In this document: one piece after another, positions 1-9,480 of the stretch
Layout of the letters: every line of letters starts with the position of its first letter
Numbering within the stretch: position 1 is the stretch's first letter
From: Chrysochromulina tobinii
Taxonomy: Eukaryota
DNA length: 32,739 nucleotides
Assembly: GCA_001275005.1 (NCBI GenBank)
Contig: JWZX01002525.1
Location: forward strand, 1-32,739
Reading direction: 5' to 3'
The notes under the pieces: model-generated
The model's database searches: none
Told to the model about the DNA's origin: nothing
What the model saw: the letters and a program-made list of their open reading frames with translations, nothing else
Position numbers and translations under genes: made by a program

Positions 1-327
1 CGACGGGCTGTGGCGGCGAGGCGGCGGCGGCGGCCGGCGGTCATCGCCGGGCGACGGGCTGCGGCGGCGAGGCGGCGGCGGCCGACGGTCGTCGCCGGGC
101 GGTGGGCTGCGACCGCGAGGCGGCGGTGGCCCACGGTCGCCATCGCGCTGGCTGCGTAGCGGTGGCGGTGGCCGACTTCCATTACGGTCGCCGCTGCCAC
201 TGCGGCTGCGGCTGCGGCTGCGGCTGCGGCTGCGGCTGCGGCTGCGGCTGCGGCTGCGGCTGCGGCTGCGGCTGTAGCTGCTGTAACTGCTGTAGCTGCT
301 GTAGGAAGAGGAGCGAGAGGATGGCAT
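1..327 (-). CDS. Partial (3' end outside window) Arg/Ser- and Pro-rich protein N-terminus, possibly splicing-related
   Basis: ATG at 327 (-) opens a stop-free frame to base 1: MPSSRSSSYSSYSSYSSY(SR)n...SGSGDRNGSRPPPPLRSQRDGDRGPPPPRGRSPPPGDDRRPPPPRRRSPSPGDDRR. It is absent from the ORF track because no stop lies in the window. It explains the (GGCTGC)n tract and the ~48-bp repeats. Confidence 0.75.
   Translation of the reverse strand, partial: MPSSRSSSYSSYSSYSSYSRSRSRSRSRSRSRSRSRSRSRSRSGSGDRNGSRPPPPLRSQRDGDRGPPPPRGRSPPPGDDRRPPPPRRRSPSPGDDRRPPPPPRRHSPS
201..273. repeat. (GGCTGC)n hexamer microsatellite encoding the SR dipeptide run on the - strand
   Basis: Directly visible, about 12 units. 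Confidence 0.95.
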
Positions 328-489
328 CCAACTCAGGGCCCGCGCGCCCGACGATGTTTGCGCGTCGCCAAGCTTTCTCCACGCGTGGGCAGTTCGACTC
401 GGACGACGCAAACATAGCCTTTCATGAGAGAGATGCTGCATGTAAGACATCTTGATGCACACGCCCACGCGCTAACTTTTTCGCAAACG

Positions 490-2844
490 ATGTCGGCCGA
501 CGACGACGATGACACAGACGCCTTTGCATTGGACTTTTTCGCATGGGATTCGTTCTCAACACGTCTTGACGGCATCGATGCGTTGCCCGCCGCGCCGGCG
601 CCCTTCGCCAGTCGCGACGTGCTCGCAGCCGCGCGCGACTTGGGCACGTCCGCCGCGACCATCGTGAGCGGCAACGGCAAAACCCGGCAAGGCATCGGCG
701 CCATCGACGTGGATTGGTCGAAGAGCGTGGCGCAGCTGCTGGCGACGCCGGACCCGGCTGAGCGGATTGAGCACCTGCGGGCGCACGGCCTGCTCGCGCA
801 GGTGAAGGCGCTCGGAGATGCGATGCGCGAGGCGGGCGTGGTGGACGCGGCAGTGAGGCTGCTCCTTGACGAGGACGACATGGTGAGCGTGGCAGCGGCC
901 GATGTGATCCGGCACTGTACGTGCGCCAACCAGGGCAGCCGCATTCGAGCGCGCGAGGCCGGCGCCATCCCGCACTTGGTGCGCATGCTCACACGCGTGG
1001 CGGACGCCGAATGCCCGGCGGAGCGTGCGGCATCAGTGGTGACCGCGGCGGTCGCAGCGCTGCGCAACCTGTCGTTCCAGAACGGCGCGAATCGGGACCT
1101 GATCCGCGACTCGGGCGGCCTCGAGCCACTGCTGCGCATCGTCGCCAGTGGCCCCCGAGTCGCGGGCCAGCCGCCAGCGCCGCCCGCCGCCTCGGACTTC
1201 AAACGGCGTGAGGCAGCGTACCGAGCGGCCGGCGCGCTGGAGAACTTGGCGGCGGACAATGAGGAGAATGCGGCGGCGATCGTGGACGCGGGCGTCGTCC
1301 CCGCGATGCGTGAGCTCCTCATCGGAGTTGGACGCACCGCGCTCTCGAACAAGGTGCTTGCAGAGTGCCAGTGAGTGCCTCTGAGTGCCTCTGAGTGCCA
1401 CTGAGTGCCTCTGAGTGCCTCTGAGTGCATCTGGGTGCCTCTGAGTGCCTCTGAGTGCCACTGAGTGCCACTGAGTGCCTCTGAGTGCATCTGAGTGCCT
1501 CTGAGTGCCACTGATGGCCATGGAGTGCCTCCGAGTGCCTCCGAGTGCCTCCGATTGCCACTTATCGCCGCTTATTGCCACTGATGACCTCTGATGGACG
1601 CACCATCGCCCTCTCGCGATGAACTCTGATGGACGCACCAATTGACGCACCACCTCTCGCAACCTCCCGCATCCTCTCGCATCAGGCGGCACGCAAGAGT
1701 CGTGAGGCGCTCTTCGCGTTGATGCTGAGGGACAAGGCGCGCGTAGCGTCGTGTCGAGCAGCTATGGAGGCGCGCGCAGCGGCGGCGGCACGCTCGGCTG
1801 TGGAAGCCAAGGTTCGCCGCTTGATGACCACTGATGACCACTGATGACCACTGATTGCTTCACGCTCGGCTGTGGAAGCCAAGGTTCGCCTCTTGATGCA
1901 GCTGGCGATCCACTGATGACCTCTGATGACCACTGATGACCAGTGATGACCACTGATGACCACTGATGATCCATGATTGCCTCCCTCAACAGGTTCGCCT
2001 CCTGATGCAGTTGCAGCGAGGCGGCGGCGGTCGAGGAGGAGGCGTCGTCGGCGGCGAAGGTGACGAGAGGGGCAGCAGGGGCGCAGCATGCACGCCACAC
2101 AGCGCCGAGGTGAGCGCCGAGGTGAGCGCCGAGGTGAGCGCCGAGGTGGGCGCCGAGGCGAGCGCCTTGCCGGAGATCATCCCCGCCGGTAATGTGCAAT
2201 CAGTGGCAATCAGTGGCAATCCGTGGCAATCAGTGGCAATCAGTGGCAATCCGTGGCAATCAGTGCCGGAGATCATCCCCGCCGGTATGGTGCGACACGT
2301 CGAGCTTCAGCTAGTGGAGAGCGAATTGAGTGCTCTCGCGTCCGCAGAGTGGGCGAGCGCGGTGCTCGGGTTGGCAAGGGCCCTCTGGCGCGAGCGCCGT
2401 GTCGAGCGCGAGCGCCGTGTCGAGCGCGAGCCGTTGGGAGCGTCGGCAGATGCTGCCCTGCGCCCCTCGGCAGCCGATCCATATATGGCAAGCGGAGCGA
2501 GAGGATCGGCGCCGTCTCGGGCAGATGAAGCCCTGCGGCCCCCAGCCGCCGAGCCGCCGCCGCCACTTGCCATATATGGATCAGCCGCCGAGCCGCCGCC
2601 GCCGCCGCTCCCCGACCATCAATGGCAATCAGTGCCAGTCAGTGCCAATCAGTGCCAATCAGTGCCTGCCCTCCACGTGTCCGACAAGGCGGCGCGCAAT
2701 CAGTGGCAATCAGTGCCTACCCTCCACGTGTCCGACAAGGCGGCGCGCGCGGCCATCTACGCACTCCTCAAGCGGCCGCCGTTGTGTGAGGTGCTCACGA
2801 CACAGACGGACGCTGAGACGCTCGCGATTCGGATTTGTGGGTGA
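490..2844 (+). CDS. Armadillo-repeat protein; predicted exons 490-1353, 1686-1811, 1993-2844 (further splicing in exon 3 and the true 3' end uncertain)
   Basis: ARM motifs AREAGAIPHLVRML, AAVAALRNLS..NRDLIRDSGGLEPLLRIV and AAGALENLA..NAAAIVDAGVVPAMRELL. Two GT-AG phase-0 introns join three ORF-track frames in register. Confidence 0.8.
1354..1685 (+). other. GT-AG intron 1 of the ARM gene, containing a (CTGAGTGCC[T/A])n 10-bp tandem array
   Basis: AAG|GTGCTT at 1354 and ATCAG|GCG at 1685; in-frame stop at 1372-1374 if retained; array at ~1363-1560. Confidence 0.85.
1812..1992 (+). other. GT-AG intron 2 of the ARM gene, containing (CACTGATGAC)n arrays
   Basis: AAG|GTTCGC at 1812 and CAACAG|GTT at 1992; phase 0 restores AVEAK|VRLLMQLQ. 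Confidence 0.8.
2197..2263. repeat. (CAATCAGTGG)n 10-bp array between 24-bp direct repeats
   Basis: TGCCGGAGATCATCCCCGCCGGTA at 2168-2191 and 2264-2287 flank the array. Confidence 0.9.
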
Positions 2845-3298
2845 GGGGAGGCAGGGGGTGAGGGGATGCAGGGGGAGGGGAGGCAGGGGGGGATGGGACT
2901 CATGCCTTTCCCTCATGCTTTCCCTGGGGGAGAGGCGCGGCCAGCAGCGGCATCCGCGACGCGCGTGGAAGAGCGCCCGGACTCGGGGGCGCCGCGTGCA
3001 ACTACATATAGACGAGTCACGAGATTTTGTCATTAGAGCATTCAGTTTACCTCAGTTTACGATACGTTAGTCGCTTAGTTTAGAAACGTTCTGAGTACCG
3101 GGTACGGGGTTCGGGTTGCACACCGAGACATTCGCGGCATATGATGGATCCCACACGGCTCACGGGCCGGGCGCATAGACACGCGGGGCCCCACGGCAGC
3201 TGCCAGCTCTGTTTCTTATAGTGAATAGTCTGCTTGCAAGTTCATGCATCGGTAAACCGGTCTCACCTCGCGCTCACAACCTCAGTCCGCCCATTCCA

Positions 3299-4491
3299 TC
3301 AAACCCAAAAATGCGAGCGCACTCCCTGACTGCGGAGCTTGTACATGAGCGCGAGGGCGTCGTCCACGGTGCCCATCTTCGCCTTGTCCACTTGGTGCCA
3401 TCCAAAGTCGAGCCCGTCGAAGAAGAAATGGTACTCAAAGTAGATCTCGTCTACGAGGTTCGTCAGGTTGGGCTCGTTGGCGATTACCCTGACGATCTCG
3501 AGCTCTGGCCCGCCCTTTTGTCCCTCGATGTCCACCTTGAGTACCTGAGGAGGACAATCAAGGGTGCTCAAGGATACTCAAGGGATACTCAAGGGTAATA
3601 AAGTTCAATCAGGGTAATCAAAGGTACTCAAGGATAATCAAGGGATAGTCCACTTTGAGTACCACGAAGTCGGTAATCTAGGGTCCACTTTCAAGGACAA
3701 TCAAGTATAATCAAGAGTACCACGAAGTCGGTAATCAAGGATAATCAAAGATAATCAAGAGTACCACGAAGTCGGTAGGCTTGGCCGTCGTGGCGAGGGT
3801 GTGAAGGAACGAGTTGGCCGTTGGCGTGTCTTCGCCGACGACGGGCTCGTTGACGAAATGTATCTTCGGGCGCATCGCCGCAGGGACGGGCCTCCACCAG
3901 TCGTCGAGCGGGATCTTGCGGGCTTCCCACGCGTAGATGGCGTCAAACGAGATGCACCGTCGCTCATACATCCGATAGAAGAGAGGGACGGACTGGCCAC
4001 TCAACGAGCTCCCATCGAGATCGAGCGAGTCCGAGCCCGCCTTGCCGTCAACCCTAATTTGGTACTCGGCGCTCCCGAGATCGTAGAAGATCGAACGCGA
4101 CGAGCCTCCCCTCGTGCACGCTCCAAGACGCCGCCCACCTTCCGGCTTGACGCACTGGGTGCGAGGGACGATGTACCCGGTCTCCATCTTGAGGCGCGGG
4201 CCCATCCACGCGGCCTGGTTGGCATTGTGACCCGCTCTTGTGGCGCGGCGGAGGCATGGGCGGCATCGGTGGCATGGGCGGCTTGGGTGGCAGACCTGGT
4301 GGCCATGGAGGCGTCGACAATGTCACGTAGCTGAAGCCAAGCAGGCTCCACGACAAGTGAAACACGCCAGAAGGACAGATGAGGATGGAGAGGAAGATGA
4401 CCGTTAGTGTATACAAGATGAAGCAAAACGTCACGGGGGTGCGGGCGGCGAGCTCGCCGAAGAGCACGCGCCAATCGCTAGGCACGGGCAT
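3299..4491 (-). CDS. Membrane-anchored FkbM-like (SAM methyltransferase-fold) algal-family protein; intron 3545-3764; frame discontinuity near 4205-4250
   Basis: N-terminal hydrophobic segment and Pro-rich stem (ATG 4491), then IFYDLGS, FDAIYAWE, DFV|VLKVDIEG, VDEIYFEYH and LRSQGVRSHFWV. The KxDxEG and D-E-x-x-x-E-x-H pattern resembles Methyltransf_21/FkbM. Confidence 0.65.
3545..3764 (-). other. GT-AG intron (220 nt, phase 0) with 10-11 bp (CCTTGATTAT-like) repeats
   Basis: - strand TTC GTG|GTACTC ... CCTCCTCAG|GTA CTC AAG GTG GAC; joins ORFs 3735..4205 and 3299..3571 in frame. Confidence 0.85.
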
Positions 4492-5291
4492 TGTCGTTCC
4501 GAAGGAGCCCTTCCTTCGGTTCAAGGACTCGTGGTCTTTGCGCCTGCACACCGAGAACGAGACAGCAATGTGTCTTTGACACGGCGGTTCGCGTGGTTTT
4601 TCGCGGAGCCACAAGGAGGGATGCAGCGGGCGCCGTCGCGGTCTTTTTTTTGTGCCGAACTCCCCACCCCCCCTACGTGTGGCACCCATCGAGAGGGTGC
4701 TCAGACGGTTCCAGAAAGGTGTCTGCGGTCGCGGGGCATGCAAATCTCATTCCATAATGAGATACGTCAATTTTTTTTAGTTTTTTTGCGCATGCCATGA
4801 CGTCGCGCGACTGCTTCTACTGCGGCAAGCGAGTCGCTGCGGGCAAATCTTGCAGTGTGCTGTTCCTCGACGGTCGGGGGTATCCCCCGAGCGACACCGA
4901 GATCATCCAGTACGCGCAGCTCTGCGATACAACCCGCCAACATGATGCAGGCCATGCAGTACTCCTGAGAGGCATTTCCGAGATTGCGTGCAACTCATTT
5001 CAGTGCTATCGCCTGTTCAAAGACGTCCACAATTTTGTCGTGAGCAACGTGCACGTCACACGCATGATTGGGGAAGCCTCTTCCTCCACACCAATCCTAC
5101 CAGCGCATCGCAAGGTGCTCACCGCCGCAGAGAAGGCAGCACATGTGAAGAGGCTGCCCCCGCCTTTACACTTCATGGTCCAAGTACCAAGAGGTGGCAT
5201 CTCAAACCGCAAGGTGATGCTCGCTCACAAGAGCGCGCTCGAGCCCGCCGAACTGCACTCGCTTGGCGCACAGCGCCGCAGCAATCATCGC

Positions 5292-6190
5292 ATGAGGAGC
5301 AGTCATCTCCTCGACTCCTCCATCATCGCGTTACTTGCAACTTGGACAGCGGTTGTGCCGCCGCGCTTTTCCGCCGCTCTTGTCGCAACCGCGCAGCTAC
5401 CGCGCAGCCGCCATCGCCATCATCAACGCCATCACCTCCGCCACCGATAGCACCGCTGCCGCAGTCATCACCGCTGCCATTGATGCCGACTCTGCCGTCT
5501 TCGCCTCGGTCGCCACGACGCCACCGCCAACGCTCGCCGCCGCTACCATCGCCCCCGGACATCCGTTGCTGCTGCTGCTGCCGCTGCTATCGCCACTCCT
5601 ACCACCACCACCGCAGCCGCCATCGCCATCGATAGCTTCATGGCCCTCGAGCATCCCCTCCTCGGCGGCCTCCTGTCGGCGTCCATAAGGGGAAGTCAAA
5701 AAAGGAGCTCGACGCTCCCTTCGCAGCCTCCGTGCTCAGTGCCTTTGTGGTAAACGAGGGAGAGGGAGTCGTCACACCTGTGGTTGTAGGCGTAGGCGTA
5801 GGCGTAGGCGTAGGCGTAGGCGTAGGCGTAGGCGTAGGCGTAGTACAGTACCGGTACACATACGCGGTATCCGGCGATATCTGACTATCCGAAATATCAG
5901 AAGACTTTTTTACGGTATCTTGATCTACCTGGACCACCCACCTCAGCTATCTGTATCTACCAGATGGCAAAATAGCCACTATCCGGTTAACCCGGATGGC
6001 GCTGGAGCCAGCCGGATCCACTCCTTATCCGCCGCCGATAGCACCGCTGCCGCAGCCATCACCGCCGCCATCGCTGCCACCTCTGCCGTCCTCTCGGTCG
6101 CTCACGCCGCCACCGCCATGCTCACTGCCGCTACCCTCACCACCACCTCCAGATCCGCCGGAACAACCGCCGCCGCCGCCGCAGCCACCA
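5292..6190 (+). pseudogene. Decayed, duplicated fragments of a signal-peptide plus Pro-rich (SPPP) surface-protein gene
   Basis: A hydrophobic leader (MRSSHLLDSSIIALLATWTAVV, ATG 5292) is followed by SPPP-type sequence only after frame changes. The block CCGATAGCACCGCTGCCGCAG is present at ~5446 and ~6036 with degenerate similarity downstream. Confidence 0.35.
5786..5843. repeat. (GTAGGC)n microsatellite, about 9.5 units
   Basis: Directly visible. Confidence 0.95.
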
Positions 6191-7451
6191 TTTCACCACG
6201 TAGGTGCACCCTCTACGCAGCCCCGACTCCAACGCACCTTTGGGCACCTCCTACCGACCAGATCTCGCCTACCGACCGCACTGCCCGCCCTGACCCCACA
6301 TATTCACGCCTACCGCGCAGACTCCAACTACGTAGCTCTCGTTCAAGAACGAGCCTCTGGTGTGGTGTGCAATGTGCAGGTGCGCGATCTACGGTCGTGC
6401 GGTTCTGATGCGCCGCGGCTCGGCCTGCATGCTTGCCGCCTTGCCATCGAATGGCCGCTTGCCGCAACGCCCGAGCCCCTCCGTTGCCTCCACCGGAATC
6501 GCAGGTTGCACGTCGGCATGCGATCTGACCGAGGCGGGCACAGCTGAATATGTGCCGTGTGGTCAGGTGTGATCGATTGCCGTTCGAACGTGCCCGAAAT
6601 CGCCCCCGGGCGGCCTCTCCTCGTCGAGAATCGGCCTTGTGAGGCACGCGCTGTGCCTGAGCCCTCAGTGTGAATGAAAAAAAGTCGTGACTTCGGATGG
6701 ACATTTGTAAGCTATCCGTTGTGTGTTGAGGGTACCGATGGCACCGTTGTGATCAGCATACTCGGCGGAACACATGGGTATGCTGTTTGTTGCATGAGTG
6801 TCGAATGCAAAAAAGTCGATATTTCCCACCCTGGGCTCTACATACGGAATCCCCGGACCCCGCGCCGCGCTGTCTTGTGTGGGACGTATGACGTCTATAA
6901 TCGTCGGTCATGGCGATGCACAGGTGTCGGCTCTCAGGGCTGTGCACACCGCCGCACGCCGGACCTCCGATCCGTAGCATCTACCGTCTACGGCGATCGG
7001 TACACGGTGTACGGTACAGCTCAGTAGACGAGAGAGACGCGACTGTCACTGTGATTCTCGTACTACTATGTGCACCTTAATGTGCACCGGGTCTGTATAC
7101 CATACCCTGCATCCACTCTTGTACTCAGTACTTGTAGCGCGGCGGTTCCCCGCCCACCGCTCATTGTAGATTGTTCGATTCGTCTTCGTCGAGTGTCGTG
7201 CGGCTCCGGTGTCCGCTTCGTAACCATCGATCCGGTCATGCGCATGTATTGAACACTCGGTGAGTACTCTCTCTCTCTCCTCAGTGTCTTGCTGATGCTA
7301 CTTTACGCTGCAGACGATGTGAAAACGGATGAGCAGACGGACATGAAAAGGAATTGACCGCGTGTCCGCGGGCGGACCAGCACACACCCACACGCGGTCG
7401 GGAGTCGGGATTTCCCGCCTGGGTTTCGGAAGCTGCCTCTCTAGCGCGGCT

Positions 7452-8603
7452 TCAGCTCGCTCCAGCAACGCTGAGCGTGCCCGGCAGACGTTGTTCAAAG
7501 GCATTACTAGAAGGCCACCATCGGTCGGAGAGGGAGTAGGGAGACTTTCTTTTGACACAGTCTGGGTGCGTGAGGACGAAACCCATCGCGACGTGCCTCA
7601 CATAGTTGGGCCTTAGCGTTTCGAGGCGCGTGCATTCCGTCTCCATACCTTCGTACACCGATAGATCGGGACCCGCGAGCACCTTGATGCTCGGATGGCA
7701 TCTGCCAGCCTTGGTGGCAAAGCCCGCATTTTTGCGCATGGCGGCGCTCCTACTCATCTCCCAGCTCTTCAGGGCGCACTGGCGCGCAATATCGACGAGT
7801 CCAAAGTTATCCAGGTCAATAATGATCAGGTCCAGCCCAAACCGTGAGCGAACATGGCACGGATTGCAGGCGATTGAGCCGCCCGTGGAGCCGCGCTGGC
7901 ACAGTGCTTGCATTGTATCGTTGGCACTGTGTCGCGGGAAAGATGCACGGTGACCGTCGCCGAGTGACGCTGCAGCAGATGGACGCGGCATAAACGCCAA
8001 GTAATCCCAATAAAAGACCGCCCATCTCGACGAGTTGCTCTTGGGATGGACGATCGAAGCAGGGAGGCGCATACGGCAACCAACGAAGACGTCGGGCCGG
8101 GCGCGAAGCACCCACGCGTACTGGGAACCCCGCTTAGCTTCGGCGCGTTCGATCAGTTGCAGGCACCGGACGCATCGGAGCGCAAACAAACATGTGGCAG
8201 TGTGCGGATTTGGACCGATCGCATCCGCACAAAGAGACGTGTCGGAAAGCTGTTGCAATGGCACCGGCAACCAGCCCTTTGAACCGTCAGCGCGTTGCAG
8301 CACCTCATTGTCATTGGTTTCTTCCGCTGCCACGGGCTTCAAGACAGATATAATGGTCGCCATCTGATCAATCGTCGCCTCAGCTGGTATCCGATCAAAG
8401 CCGGCGCGCACGTAAATTTCGTGCTTGGTGTTGTTCGACTCTCGACTGAGCTGCCATTGGGACCAAGCGCGCGTGTAGACCAAAAAGGTGTCCGCATTGA
8501 TACTCTGCAGCACATTTCGTCGCAGCAAAGAGTGCACCTGCGGATAGATGAGCCCTCGCACCTCGCCGACCAGGCAAGCAGCTGTCAGGGCCGAATCACT
8601 CAT
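7452..8603 (-). CDS. Hypothetical protein, putative glycosyltransferase-like algal family (383 aa)
   Basis: Long ATG-initiated ORF. N-terminal ACLVGEVRGL, ADTFLV and CLQLIERAEAKRGSQYAWVLRARPDV match the 'C-x-x-G-x-x-R ... Y-x-x-V-x-R-x-R-x-D' pattern of uncharacterised GT-like proteins. Confidence 0.6.
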   Translation of the reverse strand: MSDSALTAACLVGEVRGLIYPQVHSLLRRNVLQSINADTFLVYTRAWSQWQLSRESNNTKHEIYVRAGFDRIPAEATIDQMATIISVLKPVAAEETNDNEVLQRADGSKGWLPVPLQQLSDTSLCADAIGPNPHTATCLFALRCVRCLQLIERAEAKRGSQYAWVLRARPDVFVGCRMRLPASIVHPKSNSSRWAVFYWDYLAFMPRPSAAASLGDGHRASFPRHSANDTMQALCQRGSTGGSIACNPCHVRSRFGLDLIIIDLDNFGLVDIARQCALKSWEMSRSAAMRKNAGFATKAGRCHPSIKVLAGPDLSVYEGMETECTRLETLRPNYVRHVAMGFVLTHPDCVKRKSPYSLSDRWWPSSNAFEQRLPGTLSVAGAS

Positions 8604-9480
8604 TGCCGCCAGTTCGGGACACCGAGCGCCTGCTGAGAAAGCGACCGCAATCGCCTATTTTCGCCGCGATGTCGCGTTGCGGGTTCGAGACGGCACAGTA
8701 AAACCGGTACAGTACCGGTAGATTGCGTCAACAATCAATCGTCGATGCGGGTGCGGAGGGGTCTTGGGAGTCCAGTTCGATCCAGCCAGGCGGCTTAATC
8801 GCTTTTATGAGACGGGCCGGGCGGGTCCGCCTCCGCGTGGTGTTCCTCGCTTCCTCCTCGGTGTACAGGGCGGTTGCGGGTTGTTGCGGGCGGGAGGAAC
8901 TTGGACCCAAAGGGGTATGTGGGGAGGAATTCCGTTTCTGTGGGATCGTCCACACGACCGCCCTGTGCACGCTGATCGTGACTGATCCCCACAGCCTCAG
9001 ATTTTGAACTGAGTGAACAAAAGATTACAACGAAAATATAAAAGAGTACAAGAGTCAGCAAATGACTAAGCAATCGAATGGCAAGACAGCAGACACTCCG
9101 TGGCGTCGCATTGCAGTATGGTCATCTATGGCCATATCTCTCTTGCCTCAGACTCGATTGGACTGCCGACTACGCGATCTCTACAGAAGCAACGATGAGT
9201 TCTCTCGTGCCTCCGGAACGGGCTCCCTTGAACGGGCTCATGAGCTCTCTGTTCCGTCATGCTCATCCATCTGATCCAATATGTATGCTCTGCCAACCTA
9301 TGTGCTGCCGTCCATCGGCTGCACATCTGTCTACGCTCATTTGCGAGAAAACCGTATGGAAAGGGATAGCGGACAGGAAGAGATGCAGGATGGATGGAAT
9401 ATGTTGCTATTGAGCCCAGCGGCGCAGCCTGCAACCGGATAGTTGCGGCGTCCTAGATATTGCAGCCTCGGAATCTTTCG

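Noticed and set aside
102..455. Cys/Gly-rich 'metallothionein-like' ORF and the poly-QP ORF 182..415
   Set aside because: These are alternative-frame readings of the (GGCTGC)n tract; the RS frame on the - strand is the coherent one
333..2276. ORFs with ALRGTQWHSE / VISGHQWSS / ATDCHGLPL peptide repeats
   Set aside because: They are translations of the 10-bp intronic arrays antisense to the ARM gene
2841..2950. Additional ARM-gene intron starting at GG|GTGAGG with a G-run tract
   Set aside because: The donor is plausible but no acceptor or downstream exon can be chosen with confidence
3640..3780. CRISPR-like array of three GAGTACCACGAAGTCGGTA copies with spacers
   Set aside because: The repeat is the gene's own exon junction, the spacers are tandem repeats, the context is eukaryotic and there are no cas genes
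4797..5450. 217-aa ORF beginning with CxxC
   Set aside because: No recognisable domain and it runs into the decayed Pro-rich region; cannot be supported as a gene, though not excluded
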